A DNA stretch of 63,981 bases, the filler included, from Octopus bimaculoides (lineage: Eukaryota), in assembly GCF_001194135.2 (NCBI RefSeq). It is 6 parts of 6 records of this genome, joined end to end, with 100 filler letters (N's around TTAATTAATTAA, not from the genome) between each part and the next. Parts side by side here need not be neighbours in the genome. Positions count along the whole stretch, not along the records: positions 31,265 to 46,319 come from NC_068984.1; positions 46,420 to 58,491 come from NC_068981.1; 4 more parts are not named here. One strand, 5' to 3'. Below are positions 39,510-53,101 of this stretch, piece after piece. The notes under the pieces were generated by a model. The model saw nothing but the letters and a program-made list of their open reading frames with translations, was not told the DNA's origin and searched no databases. The translations under genes and the position numbers were made by a program. Numbering within the stretch: the stretch's first letter is position 1; every line of letters begins with the position of its first letter.

Positions 39510-39838
39510 GAAACAGAAAAGTGTGAGAAATACCGGCCACTGCGGGACGAGATAGGAAAGTTATGGGGCATAAGGAAAGTGATGGTGATACCGGTGGTAA
39601 TTGGAGCATTAGGAGCAATTTTCAAGGGCTTTGAAAAACTTATTAAGAATACTGGAGATGCTGTCAGGCTCGAAGTGATCCAGAAGACAGCATTGCTGGG
39701 TACAGCTTGCATTTTAAGGAGAGTATCATCTCTTTGAGACACAGGAAAAGGTACTACTTGAAACCTTTGGTGATTTGTTATTGCCTGCTTTCAAGTAAAG
39801 AATAACCGGTAATTAAGAACTATCCGAGTGTCATTCAG
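39510..39838 (+). mobile_element. Dong/R4 short 3' fragment embedded in (AAT)n
   Basis: EKCEKYRPLRDEIGKLWGIRKVMVIPVVIGALG...IQKTALLGTACILRRV*; (AAT)n at 39397-39509 and (GAT)n(AAT)n at 39839-39955. Confidence 0.9.
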
Positions 39839-39839
39839 A

Positions 39840-39942
<103 letters not shown>

Positions 39943-39960
39943 TAATTATAATTATTATAT

Positions 39961-40118
39961 TCTTTTCTACTGTAGGCACAAGGCCCGAAATTTTGGGGAA
40001 GAGGGGGGGATTGATTAGATCGACCCTAGTACGCAACTGGTCCTTAATTTATCCGCCTCGAAAGGTAAAGTCGAACTCGGCGGAATTTGAACTCAGAACA
40101 TAAAGATAGACGAAATAA
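39961..40118 (-). mobile_element. SINE family A, 5'-truncated
   Basis: TTCTTTTCTACTGTAGGCACAAGGCCCGAAATT...GAATTTGAACTCAGAAC. Confidence 0.85.
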
Positions 40119-40119
40119 T

Positions 40120-40835
40120 ACTTATAATAATATTGGCGAAACAATAGACCATCACTTTTATGGATGTCCTGTTTTGGCAACAAACGAATACAAAAATCGC
40201 CACGTTAGGGTAGGACAGTATTTACATTGGACAATATGTAAACATTACCAAATTAACACTCCTGCTTACTGGTATGAACATCATCCAGAGCCAGTCGTTG
40301 AAGGTAAAAATGTCCCTATCCTCTGGGAATTTCCAGTCAACATCGACAGAACGATCCAGGCTAACCGACCAGACGTAATTATTGAAGACAGGGAAGAAAA
40401 TACTTGTAGATTAATAGATGTAAGTGTTCCCACAAATAAAAATACATCTGTAAAGGAACTTGACAAGTTATATAAACGGAAGGACCTGAAAATTGAAATA
40501 CTTATGATGAGACATCCTAAAGTAACAACCGTTCCTGTTATTGTAGGTGCCCTAGGTATGATAAGAAACAGATGCCAGAAACATCTAGATAACATCCCAG
40601 GAGAACCACGTCTCTGAGATATCCAAAAGATTGTACTGACAAGTACTACCCACATCCTTAGAAAAACCCTATCCATTTAAATCTCTGTGTTGTATTACAC
40701 GATGATATTTCGCTACACTACCCCTGCTACTTCCCCTCCCCAACTTTCAGTTATGCTGTAAGCTCTCTTATCCTTCTCACGCTAGGCGTGTCTCGGCAAG
40801 TGATTGTAACAAACATGGAAATTAAAAATAAGTGA
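40120..40835 (+). mobile_element. Dong/R4 3' fragment (CCHC remnant + RLE), a different subfamily
   Basis: ETIDHHFYGCPVLATNEYKNRHVRVGQYLHWTIC...ILWEFPVNIDRTIQANRPDVII...LIDVSVP...VPVIVGALG; followed by (AAT/GAT)n to about 41000. Confidence 0.92.
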
Positions 40836-40954
40836 CAATAATAATAATGATGATAATAACGATGGTAAATGATGCTGCTGCTGATGATAATGATGATGAT
40901 GATGATGATAATGATGATGATGATGATGATGATGATGATAATAATAATAATAAC

Positions 40955-40999
<45 letters not shown>

Positions 41000-41939
41000 T
41001 CCTATAATATCCAAAAAGACCGCAAGAAGCATTTAAGACAATGCAAAAAGAGAGACAATTGGGATTTGTGTACAAAAATCGTATAAAGACTAAGAATAAT
41101 AGTAATTAACAAGAGAATTATAAAGACAAAATTCTCCTATAGAAGAAAAACAGCACCCGGGATCCATCAAAGAACTTCATTAATCCCAAGTCACGTTACT
41201 AGCATTACCATGGCAACTGCTCTTCTCTCTTCCGTACTTTTCAGCAAAAGAGGCGCATTCTTAGAGCAGGTCCATTCACTAGGGAAGTTTCTACTACATT
41301 CACCTACCTTTCCTACAAATTAACTGGGAACATCATTTCACTCTTCACTCTGATGTTTATTTCCAAGTAGAACTTGAAAAAGTCGATAACTGCATGACTG
41401 AAAATGAAAGGGTCTGTATTCACTCCTTTTACTCACATCCACCAAGCAACCACTTCCACCATAGACACCAGATAGAAAATTGTTTGCCATTACCAGCCAA
41501 AGGAAGGCAGCAGGCGATCTTCACGATAGAATCGGCCTTTAACTGTATCCTTCCGATGCACGATTGTAGCTGCTTGACGCAACTCTACAAGTCAGCATTC
41601 CTCGAGTACTACGCGAGTGTACAGGATAGTTTCGTCGATCTGTGAGTATTTCAGACGGGTGCAGCTGGAATTTGTATAACTGATTGTTTCCCTCCACCAA
41701 AATTTCTAGTGCTGCATTTATTTTTGATATGATATTTAGTTACAGATTCAAGATTCATATTGTATATTTCATCTTCCCGTAATCGATAAAATAAATTGCA
41801 ACGAAGTACTTATCGATTGCTACAGTACCATGTCTGTAGAGATTTATGCTAAATCAACAATGCTCCACTCAGTAAAAGCTCCGCTAATCTAAGGATTTCT
41901 GGAAATTAGTCACAGGCCCCGGCCCGAAAGTCCGGATAA

Positions 41940-42227
41940 CACCCGCCAGTTGATTTCATCGACGCTAAAAGATTCCCGGAGAATGTCGTCGATTTTGCCT
42001 ACCACGAATCCTCTTCTATAGAATGCCATGATGGAACATTCACCGACTGCATTGTTCGGCTTGCAGAGGAATGTGATCACCTTACAGCAGTCAAGATGTC
42101 AGATGCCGTCTCTTGGTCTACACTTGATCCAAGACCGCAGTTCTGTCAAAGAGACGAGCTGCAGATAAGCGAATCAAACAAACAGCGACCACACTTGGTC
42201 ATAGTCAAAAGAACTTTGGGTATGTAG
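41940..42227 (+). other. Unassigned 95-codon open frame in a GC-richer block (exon or retrotransposon gag relic)
   Basis: HPPVDFIDAKRFPENVVDFAYHESSSIECHDGTFTDCIVRLAEECDHL...KRTLGM*; possible exon 41950-42219 (ccgccag / g|gtatgt); loose resemblance to the gag FxDxxxRLxxLAxxC pattern. Confidence 0.25.
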
Positions 42228-42992
42228 TCCGAGTGAATGTCTACATATCATTCGCCACTGCTTATCCAGTCCTTCAGATGCTGACTACAAATGGGCCATC
42301 TGACCAATGGAAGATGTCCTCTCCGTAGAAAGCGGAAGAGCAATCGTTCCATTCTTGTCAAAGGGGACAATGGTTTCAAATTTTGGCATAAGGCTAGCAA
42401 TTTTAGGGGAAGGGTTTAGTCGATAACATCACACTTAGTACTTATCTCAGTCTAATACGTGTTTTTTTTTTATACGAAAACGTACGTGTATATTTATGTA
42501 CACGTACACACGCATTTTATTTATAAAAACCATGTGCAGTTTGTAAATTGTGAGCATTTTGTATACTTGCATTCTTTGATTATTTTAATGGCATCAGTCA
42601 TTGGAAAGTGGTTCATGCTGTAACAACGCCGTTTAAGGCATTAATCAGTTGTAGCGATGTATATATATCTATATATACATCGTTACTATCTATTTTATCG
42701 ATTACGGAAAGATGAAATATACAATATGAATCTTCAATCCGTAGCTAAACCTCACTTCAAACATAGGTGCAGCGCTAGAAATTTTAAAGAAGGGAAACAG
42801 TCAGTTATGCGAATTTCAGTTTTTGACAAGTACTTTATTTTATAGGTCTCGGAATGATGAAAAACAAAGTTATCTCGACTGGATCTGAACAGAAAATGTA
42901 AAGTGTTGAAATAAATACCTTACAGTATCTTCTCCATCGATCTAGTAGTTCTGTTAATCCACTGATAATTGATATTAGGGATAAAGTATATA

Positions 42993-43210
42993 TTGGTTTC
43001 AAATTTTAGCACAAGGTCATCAAGTTCGGGGAAGGAAGAAAGTCGATTATATCGACTCCAGCTCTCAACTCGTACTTATTTTATCGACTCCGAAAGGATG
43101 TAAGGCAAAGTCGACTACAGAGGGATTTGAACTCAAAACGTAAAGACAGTCAAAATGCCGCTAAGCATTCTTCTGCCCGTTTGCTAACGATTCTGTCAAC
43201 TTGCCACCCT
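42993..43210 (-). mobile_element. SINE family A (further decayed A pieces at about 42370-42440 and 42660-42910)
   Basis: GCACAAGG...GTCGATTATATCGACTCCAG...GATTTGAACTCAAAACG...GCTAACGATTCTG. Confidence 0.82.
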
Positions 43211-43389
43211 TAATGGGATAAAGTACATACCATTAAAAGGTATGTCACAAGTAAATATCACGATGCACTGTCCATTCTAACAACCCAACGAGTTGAATAC
43301 TATCAAATGATATGTTACAACTTACATTTTAAGTCTTACGCCACAGCAAACTTTGATATGAAATATAAACACCACTGAAATGTTTGTAA

Positions 43390-43930
43390 TCTTACTATAA
43401 TGGGCGTTATGTCCGTTTGTCTGTCCGTCTGTCTGTTCCCTCTCCACGGTCAAACGGCTGGCTCAATGATCACTGTTTTTCGGGATTACGAAGGAGATAG
43501 GTAGTCAAGAATGCTTTTTAGCGAAAAAAATGTGATAAAGTATGATTATCTAGTGGATATTGAGTTTTGTATTAATAAATCACCTTTTTTTTTTGTTAAA
43601 ATTTCGGATTTCCAGCCCCCGTATAGTTCGTGGATTTAAAGGGTTTAGATTTGCAATACTATCCCTTTATTTCCCACCACAGATGGGCAGATTTCCTATC
43701 TTACTATAATGGGCGTTATGTTCGTCTGTCTGTCAATCTGTCCGTCTCTTTGTCTGTTCCCTCTTCACGGCCAGACGGCTGGAACAATGGTTACGATATT
43801 TGTCGGGATTACTAAGACAGTCGTCAGGAAGACTTGTTGCATTAAAAATCAGAAAGTATGATTATTTCGTGGATATCGATTTTTGAATTGTTAAACCACA
43901 TTCGCATTTTTATTAAAAGTTCACCGACCA
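43390..43930 (+). mobile_element. Two tandem copies of a short non-autonomous Helitron-like element
   Basis: Both start A|TCTTACTATAATGGGCGTTATG (43390, 43699), then a (GTCY)n tract and CACGG..A.ACGGCTGG; copy 1 ends in a small hairpin (ccca-ccacaga-tggg) about 10 nt before CTA. Helitron class is inferred. Confidence 0.55.
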
Positions 43931-44155
43931 CGAGTAGCTCTGGATTTTCGTCATATATTTCGTGGCCCCATTGTAGATACGAAGGGGGTCGCGAAGACAG
44001 TTAATAGCGAAAATAAAATGGAAAACGTGCGTGTCAGTATATAGTGTGTGTGATTATTTAGTGATTATTGACGTCTGTCAGTCTCGAGCAGGATTCGAAA
44101 CGGCTAATCGAAGTGGTTGCTGTTTACATCTCAATTTTGTCAGTCAAAATAACCC

Positions 44156-44193
44156 ATGGTACCAGAACATCCGGGCATTATTCGCATAGAACA
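44156..44193 (+). CDS. Candidate first coding exon of the + strand host gene (speculative)
   Basis: ATG GTA CCA GAA CAT CCG GGC ATT ATT CGC ATA GAA CA|gtgaga (MVPEHPGIIRIE), phase 2, compatible with the phase-2 start of exon 56648; lies at the end of a CpG-rich block. Confidence 0.25.
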
Positions 44194-44373
44194 GTGAGAA
44201 GTCTTAGTTTGATTTTTTGCAACCTTTAAGATACCACTCGCGCATTCACAGCAAACAGAGTAGAGGGCTAGACTTTAGATCGTCTAGGTGTATTTTTACC
44301 CACTCCAATGTTTACACACACCCTGTTATATGTCACTATGAGTAGAGCAACGGATTCCAGTAATTTGTAAATT

Positions 44374-44756
44374 GTTTGTTGGCACTCCGTGGCTTACGAC
44401 GTCGAGGGTTCCAGTTGATCCGATCAACGGAACAGCTTGCTCGTGAATAACGTGCAAGTGGCTGAGCAATCCACAGACACGTGTACCCTTAACGTAGTTC
44501 TCGGGGATATTCAGCGTGACACAGTGTGACAAGGCTGGCCCTTTGAAATACAGGCACAACAGAAACAAGAAGAAAGAGTGAGAGAAAGTTGTGGTGGAAG
44601 AGTACAGCAGGGTTCGCCACCATCCCCTGCCGGAGCCTCGTGGAGCTTTAGGTGTTTTCGCTCAATAAACACTCACAACACCCGGTCTGGGAATCGAAAC
44701 GGTGATCCTATGACCGCGAGTCCGCTGCCCTAACCACTGGGCCATTGCGCCTCCAC
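44374..44756 (-). mobile_element. SINE family C, full length, with 12-bp TSD
   Basis: TSD aatttgtaaatt at 44362-44373 and 44757-44768; intact A/B boxes and CpGs. Confidence 0.95.
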
Positions 44757-45951
44757 AATTTGTAAATTAGTGTCGACCAAACAGAAAATATCGTCTACAA
44801 AGAAGTTTTGTAATCATAAAGTAATATGATTCATAATTCAAATAAAGAAATTTGTGAATTTTGAATATATATGAATATAAACAAGAGTAAAATAGTGTAA
44901 ACAACTAAAATAAAAGTATATCTCAATAACATTCTTTTCTTAATACTTTTTATGCAGTGGTCGAAGAAAGCTCTGGCTTTCGTTAGGAGTGGTCCACATA
45001 ACCATTCAGGATACAGAGGCTGGGAGCCTATTTCAGTTCGGGAGTGAATAGTTATCACGTGTCACTTAGTGGCAAACACATGTCATATAGTTGCAATAGA
45101 ATGCGGTATCACCAACAATAATGTGATTTCTTTAAGACATCACTCAATAATCTATCAAGTCCATTTATACATTTCTCATACTGCTATTATGATTTCCTTT
45201 CCTTATTTTATACCTTCATCGTAGATGGGTAAATTTGCCACTTGAATTAATGGCACAACCGAAAATATATGAATGTGAGTGATTCAGTTTCGCACCTAAT
45301 AATTATGACTTTAAATACAATTCCATCTTGATCAGTTAAGAGCAGGGTAAGGAATATCGACGAATATGCAATAACATGTGAAACTGTAGTCGAATATTTC
45401 CTTCTTTTACTATCCTTAATGATGTTGTGTTTAATATGACAGACGTTTTCAACGACTGTATAATGAATCTAAGTGTAATTTATAAATGCAGTGACGGCTA
45501 AAATCACTAGATTTACTGTTATTAATTCGGACTAATATTACCATTGTAGCAGGACTAAACTAGTTATCTAATTGAAAGTACGTTGTTCTAGTTCTGCATT
45601 CTTGTCGTATGTAATTAATTTCTATTTGTCAACAACATTCCTAAATTAAAAAAACATTATTTAATAATTCGCTAGGTTTATTGTCTTGAACTAAGTTGGT
45701 AGTAATTAAGAATGATGTATAAGATTCATGTATTAAGAATTATCATAATTTGTTATGATAATGTATTAATGTATTCTTTTTTTATATATATTTTATAAGT
45801 GTGTGGCATGTTGCTATTCGGAAGATATAAATATTTTGTGTTAACAACTGCGAGCAAAAACTAGGCAATACAAAATCAGATAGGTATGTAGATAAACGTA
45901 TAGAATAGTTGTGTACATATACACCTACCTACCTACCTACCTACCTACCTA

Positions 45952-46014
<63 letters not shown>

Positions 46015-46176
46015 GAATACATACGTACATATGCATATACATACATCATTTGTTATATACTCGACGGACACGAAGGAATTCCTGAAGTAAATCCAGTGAC
46101 ACACATTCATACTGTTGACCACATCATGTAACAGAAAACAGTGAACGTGCATTAAACGGCATACACCCAGGTTTTA

Positions 46177-46221
<45 letters not shown>

Positions 46222-46419
46222 ATATCTATCTATCTAGGCGATCCGTTTGCTGCCAACACCCGTTAAAAGGAGGACTGGGCATGCCGTGGTTGATGATGCG
46301 CAGACACGCGCTGAGACTGNNNNNNNNNNNNNNNNNNNNNNNNNNNNNNNNNNNNNNNNNNNNTTAATTAATTAANNNNNNNNNNNNNNNNNNNNNNNNN
46401 NNNNNNNNNNNNNNNNNNN

Positions 46420-46623
46420 AGCGTGGCCGTTTTCGTGCGGGTGACACGTAAAAGCACCCACTACACTCTCTGAGTGGTTGGCGTTAGGAAGGGCATCCAG
46501 CTGTAGAAACTCTGCCAAATCAGACTGGAGCCTGGTGTTGCCATCCGGTTTCACCAGTCCTCAGTCAAATCGTCCAACCCATGCTAGCATGGAAAGCGGA
46601 TGTTAAACGATGATGATGATGAT
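46420..46623 (+). mobile_element. SINE/LINE-tail family D 3' portion with (GAT)n tail, young
   Basis: GGTTGGCGTTAGGAAGGGCATCCAGCTGTAGAAA...CATGCTAGCATGGAAAGCGGATGTTAAACGATGATGAT; 5' end at linker. The RTE-type tail is an inference. Confidence 0.9.
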
Positions 46624-48355
46624 ATACTTATTTTAAGGAAATAACTGTACTGAAGTATTAATAATTGTGTTTAATTTATAGATATTATAATCTGTTGTGA
46701 ATAAATAACTCTAATATTATAACTTATACTTGCATGACTTAAGCTTTGAAATACGCATATGACTACTTTGAAACTTTCAAGATAATTTTCACTTTAAATT
46801 CGTAAATTGTACTTACACAGGATCACAGGATCTTAAAACTAGAGCATATTCTTATATTAGTAAAGATATAAGATTTGTTACAAAGAGACATAATGATACT
46901 TATTAACCAAGATACTCTCACTTTATCTACTCAATTGTACAGTTACAATGGTGTGTTTGTTCAAGACCTTTTTCAAACTATAGTTTCCTTTTGAAAATAC
47001 TCCTCTTTTTAATTTCTCAATACCTTTTCAATGTTGAGGATAACAGAGATATGTATTCTATTTATTAAGGCTATAACTGGCATACCAAACTATATATTTA
47101 TTACTTTATCTGAATTCCATACATTCTTATGAATCTTCTAATTGATATATTTACATAGTATAGGATTACTACTTATTCCCTTTCTAAATACAAAGCAAGG
47201 TCGCCATTCTATTTTGCTGGCTTGTAAAGGTTTCTGTCATGTTCAGTCTCAATCCCTTTATTTATAGGTTTCATATTTCTTTTGCAAGCCTTTGGGTTTG
47301 CAATGAAATCAGGTCATCTGCATTGTAAATACTATTTAGCTCTTAAAAGAGTATTTAGACTTCAAAACTGAAATAGTTTATTATCATTCCCAATTTTTTG
47401 CTTCTGTTTTTCTTTTTCTTTTTCAATATTTGAATTGCTTACATAATACAGTTAGAATTTGAAGACTTCAACTTGAAAAATTTTGTAACTTTGTATATTA
47501 TTACTTGGATTTTAAAATTAACTTTTCCTGTTGAAATGAATGTCTTTGACTGCTTTGCAGAGATTTTTGACTATCTCCTTCTGTTCATAGTTCTACACCT
47601 TACAATATGTTATTAAATACTAAATATACAGTACAATGGTACTATATAAAATAGTGATGGTACATCCTTTTTTAGGTCCTATGTGCCAGTACAATCCTGT
47701 TATTGGAGTGCCACTTACATGTTTGCATGAATTGAGTTTTATGTAAATGTTTATAGATAAGTTTTTTACATTATGATACTGCAGGGAGACTATTTTGAAA
47801 TTCTACCGTGTGTCACTTAAAAACCTATGGTATGTAACTCCCAAACATGTGTCATAGTTTTGCCATTACTTATATGAAACTAATAGTATATAATCAATTT
47901 TAACCTAGTTGACAACACTGATATCATGCTAGGCATAAGTACCTTATTTATATATTTCATTTATGTCCATCAGCAGGTTTTCAAAAGTGATCTGCATTTC
48001 AGTCATTTATTTTTCCAGTAATCGTTTACTATCAAATGAGTTAGTTAAACAAGCTTAGAAAAGTCAGCCTTACAATTTCATTTGTAGAGTAACAAGTTAA
48101 AATGAGTGAAGTTTGTTGGTTAAGTTTAAACAATTGCTCATAGTTCATAAAGTACTTATCGCAATGCACCTGTGCAATAAACAAAAAGAATATAGAATAG
48201 ATAAATTTCAGATTGAAATCTGTAGGTTTAGTGAGTTTCAGTTTCAGAAACTAAGTATGTTAAAGAGACAAGAAATTTTGCACTACTCTTATTTTAATAA
48301 AAGGTCAATCTATGACAATTCTAAAATCCAAATGAGACAATCAGTTTATTTTTTT

Positions 48356-48476
48356 GAACTCTGCCAAATTTAGATTGGAGCCTGGTGTTGCCATCCGGTT
48401 TCACCAGTCCTCAGTCAAGTCGTCCAACCCATGCTAGCATGGAAAGCGGACGTTAAACGATGATGATGATGATGAT
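48356..48476 (+). mobile_element. Family D, 5'-truncated
   Basis: Near-identical to 60721-60843; natural truncation with no gap. Confidence 0.9.
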
Positions 48477-51236
48477 TTAAGAATAGTTTTAAAATCATGA
48501 TAAAGACATATTTATTTCATAGCCACACAAGCATAGATGTTACTTGTTGAAAACTGTAATTAGCAGCGTGGTAATTTTATGCATTGTTAAATTTATGATG
48601 CATGCATTAATTTCTGTTTGGTTGATTATCTAAATGTTTTAAATATTTAAGAAATGATTTGGCTCTATCATTTTTAATTTAAAAGTTAATTTTGGGATAT
48701 TTTTGAAAGTAAATAATTGTTTTGTGTATAAAAACAACAAAAATTGTTAAAAATAATAATTTAAAAATATATTTATCTCCCAAATTATTATTTTGTTTTA
48801 CATTTAAAAAAAAAAAACTAATCGATTTACGATTCCTATTCTTCCCTTTCTTTGCATATACAACTAGCAACTTTATTACCAGGATAGGCTTTGTTTAGCA
48901 TATTTGTCTAGTTTTGTTTATTAATCTCCTCTGATAACTCTTCAATTGTTCCTTTCTCTTGTTATCACTACATGCCAGTTTGTACACATTGATACACATG
49001 TTATCCCATCACATCTTGTTTTGTTTTTAACATCTGCTTAGCTATCCTAAATACTTTGATTTTCATCCTTCTTCCTGAATTTAGAATAGTCACTTGTTCT
49101 ACTTCCTTAAAAATTACATTCTGTTCTTGTATAGCTTTCACACTTATTTGTATGCTACTGCTTTTATATTGTTTTCAGCTGCTTCTCAATTTGTAGTCTA
49201 CTAGAATATGAAGTTGCTGAATAGTCCATGTTTAGGATATCAGTTATATAAATATTTTTTTATGACTTAGATATAAAGTTTAAATATGTAAACCTAGATT
49301 TTTTTTTTTTGCAAACTTATTTGATGTTAAATTAATTTCAAATATTTTATCACCCTTATCCTCATATACATCCATATAGTACTGATAAAAGTCATTAATC
49401 TCTTTTTATTGGTTAGAATTTATCTTGCATAAAGGTTACACGTAAACTTAATTTGATGTTTCCAACATCCTGTTGTTCTGAATGTTTGAAAATTAATTCA
49501 TTTATAACATCCATTAAAAAAAGGAAAAATATTCACTACATGATATTTTACTCCTTTGCTCATCATTAAAGTTATTAGTTTTATACCATTTTTCGTTTAC
49601 TTTTCCTGGCATGACACCAACATAGGGAATGTTGAAGTTAAAGTGTTGTCTCTTCTCAGTTTGGATTGTAAAATAAGAAAAGTTTAGCTTAAAACTATCA
49701 AGGTGAATATTTGTATGTGTAAGTTAGCATTACTATAAATTTTGAGAACAACTTTTCATTGATATTCTTTTGTGGTATTTCTTTGTTAAGTTATTTGATC
49801 TAAGATTGTGTATTAAACCAAAGCATTTTTGTACTGTAGCTGAGTCAGATTAGCCATTCAGAGCATACACACACTGTTATTTTTATTTTTGATTTCTTTT
49901 TAGTACTGTATGCTGCATTTTATATAGTACACTTTTTCTTTAATTTAAGATTATAAAATGTAGATTTTAAAAATATTTTTGAGAGGCATAACTCTACATA
50001 TTAGTAATAAAATAAAGTGCTTGTATTAGGAAATGTATAATACTTTTACCACATTTATGCTATTTTCCTAATAGTTTTTTTTTTTGTGTGAAAGTGTTGT
50101 ATTGGTACCAGTCACACATTTACAATTATTCAGAGCATAACTGACGATTGAAATGAAAGAGGCTTTTAAATAATGAGCTGTCAGTTGACCATAAAAGATA
50201 ATTTGAAGTGTCAGACATTGACTGCAGGAAGGGTGAATTGATAACAGTTGGTAATGGTTTAATAAGTGGTAAGAACTAAGGTGAAGCTGAGCTAGCTACT
50301 AAATAACTAATTAAGATATCAGTTGTATAAGTTTAAGATTTTATTGGAATTCAATGATTACCTGATTATGTATGAACTGATTGATATGTCAATAGTTTTA
50401 GTGTGTTATTTTATAACATTTGTTAGTGCTAATTACCACTTAAAAAAAAATTTATTTCTTTGTGTGAGCAGTACCCCAACCAGTAAGTACATGATTAATC
50501 AGTTGGATAGAGATGTGCACATCTTTTCAATGTAGTTTCTTTGGAAACTCTTTTTCACCCTTACTGATCCCACTTGCCAGTACTGTTACCACTTCTTTCA
50601 TCATCATTAAGATTTTTATTATTTTATGTGTGTTTCTCTGATGGCATGAATTAGGCAGGTTCTCAACATTCTTTCATTTGCTACAATCTTTTGTCATCTG
50701 GTTTACAAAGCAACAGAGAGAACTGTTGCACATTTGTCTGTCTGTCTGTCTATCTGCACCCCCCACACCCACACCCACACACACAGATACGTTACGAAAC
50801 TATTATTTATGTAGAGAGACCATAATGACTTCTCCAAGAAGGAAGTGTAATACCAAGAATTAAATGTTGCCTATTATATGTGACTATTTTGAGGAATACT
50901 GTCTCTGTGGGACAATTTCAAGGAACATAGTTAGCTGACATATTGCCCTATTTAGGATTGCTTCTATTTTCTATTTAATTTTCTAGAATTGTTGATTGTT
51001 ATATGTAATTTCACAGAATGTCATATAACATGGTTGAGTTAAAATAAATTACATAAGTTTAGAGATTCTGAATGTTAGATTGAATTTTAGTCTTGCAACT
51101 GAATTATAGTTAATGTTTTGCATCTTGTATTTTTTAACTTTAATAAGATTACAACTCCCTAATCAAGAAGGCTAAAATTTTATTCTACTTAATAAGTTTC
51201 TAATATGGATTCTTATGAATTATGAAAGCAGAAATG

Positions 51237-51312
<76 letters not shown>

Positions 51313-51317
<5 letters not shown>

Positions 51318-51658
51318 GAGAGGAAACCCACTTCGGTCATGAATGACCATGGGATTGCACTTAGAAAGTTACCCTCTGAGGCACAAGTCCGGGCAAGGTT
51401 GTTTGTGGAAGGCCAGCAGTCGCCCACGCATACCAGCCTCCCCTCTCCACACCACTGATGTTATCCAAGGGAAAGGCAAAGGCCTGTACAGCTTGGCACC
51501 AGCGATGTCGCAACTCATTTCTGCAGTTGAGTGAACTGAAGCAATGTGAAATAAAGTATCTTGCTCAAGAGCACAACATACAGCCCCGTCCAGGAATCGA
51601 ACTCACAACCTCATGATCATAAGCTTAACGCTCTAACCACTGAGCCATGTACCTTCAC
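51313..51658 (-). mobile_element. tRNA-headed SINE family E, full length
   Basis: Minus strand TGGCTCAGTGGTTAGAGCG (A-box), GAGTTCGATTCC (B-box), then GCTCTTGAGCAAGATACTTTATTTCAC central domain; flanked by (TA)n. Confidence 0.88.
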
Positions 51659-53069
51659 ATATATATAGTTTCTCCATTATATTTATAATATATATATATA
51701 TATATATATATACATACACACACACACACACATATATATACACACACACATACATACATACATACATGTATTACTGTCAAATCCTTTATAAGACAATATG
51801 CAGAAAGGAATACTATCCTACCTCATACTGCACTACCCTGCATATGCCTGAATTCTGAAAAGCTATACTTTGCAATTAAAATGTAGTTCAGTATGTAACA
51901 TCATGTAGATAAAGCTGTTCATGGCTTATATAATGATGCTAGGGTCATTTATGGCAATTTGCCAATGCATCTACAATTTCTGTGTTAGATAATGCACTTG
52001 ACGCATGTATAAGAAACAGCAGAACATTTTGTTAAGTGACTGAATCAGTTTTAATGTTAGTTATAATTGTACAGTACTTTGAGAAGTCTCAATGTTGACA
52101 ATAAAATTTCTTTGTATATAAAAGATAAAGCCATACGATACATATGTTAGAACTGTAATACTATATGACTGAAGAAAGAGAAGTTCTGCAAAAATGGGAA
52201 AGAAATGAGATGAGTAACGATTTACTGGATGTGTGAAGTCTGTATATATAAATACAAGCATTAACTCCCAAGACTGAATTTGGATCTGCGAAGGCAGAAA
52301 AGAATTAATGATAAGTGATATTTGTGAAGTGAAAAGAAACAAAAAAAAGAAAAGAAAAAGAAAAAAAGGATAATTAGGTAATAGAAACATGTGTTGAGAA
52401 ATCATGGTGAGATCAGATGGTGAAATGTAGGATGGTAGAGGAAGATAGGAAGATGGTTATCAGAAGTGGTAGGCTGGAAAAATAATGAGATTGTTAGGGC
52501 TAATTTAAAATAGCAAGGAGTCACAAATTTCATTTATCACTTACAACCATTTAGTTTATTGATGAGAAATCAAACATAGCAAATAAGTAAATACTAATTA
52601 GATTATTAAATGTAGTATGTAATATTGTCACTATGTTTTTTTTTTTTTACTTAATAATCATTTATATTTGTATTTTCTAAACTAAATGAATAGTATCTTT
52701 TATCCTTTTCGAGTATCCCTTACTACTAGTAGAGCAAGATAGCCATGAAATAAGGTATTTTGACTACTGCCTGCTCATAGATCACAAGTTAGAATCCCTT
52801 GCAGGCATTAAGTTATGTTTCTTGGCAAAACACCTTATTCTACATTGCCTCTTTCAATCTTTCTGCTAAGAATATGTTTCAAATGATCTGAAAAGCTTAC
52901 GTGCATTAGACAAACAACCTATTCAGAGAAAATTTATCTCTTAACTACTTACTGCTGTGAAACCAAAGGTAAGCATTGGCTCGCAAAGCCCCTGAAGGCT
53001 TAGGAAACATTTTCACATTCTGCGTTGTGTATTCATGTGCACACACGCATGTGCAAGCGCGCGCGCGCA

Positions 53070-53101
<32 letters not shown>

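Noticed and set aside
46235-46319. GC-rich 85-bp stub before a linker
   Set aside because: Too short and truncated by the gap to classify; may belong to family D or another repeat.
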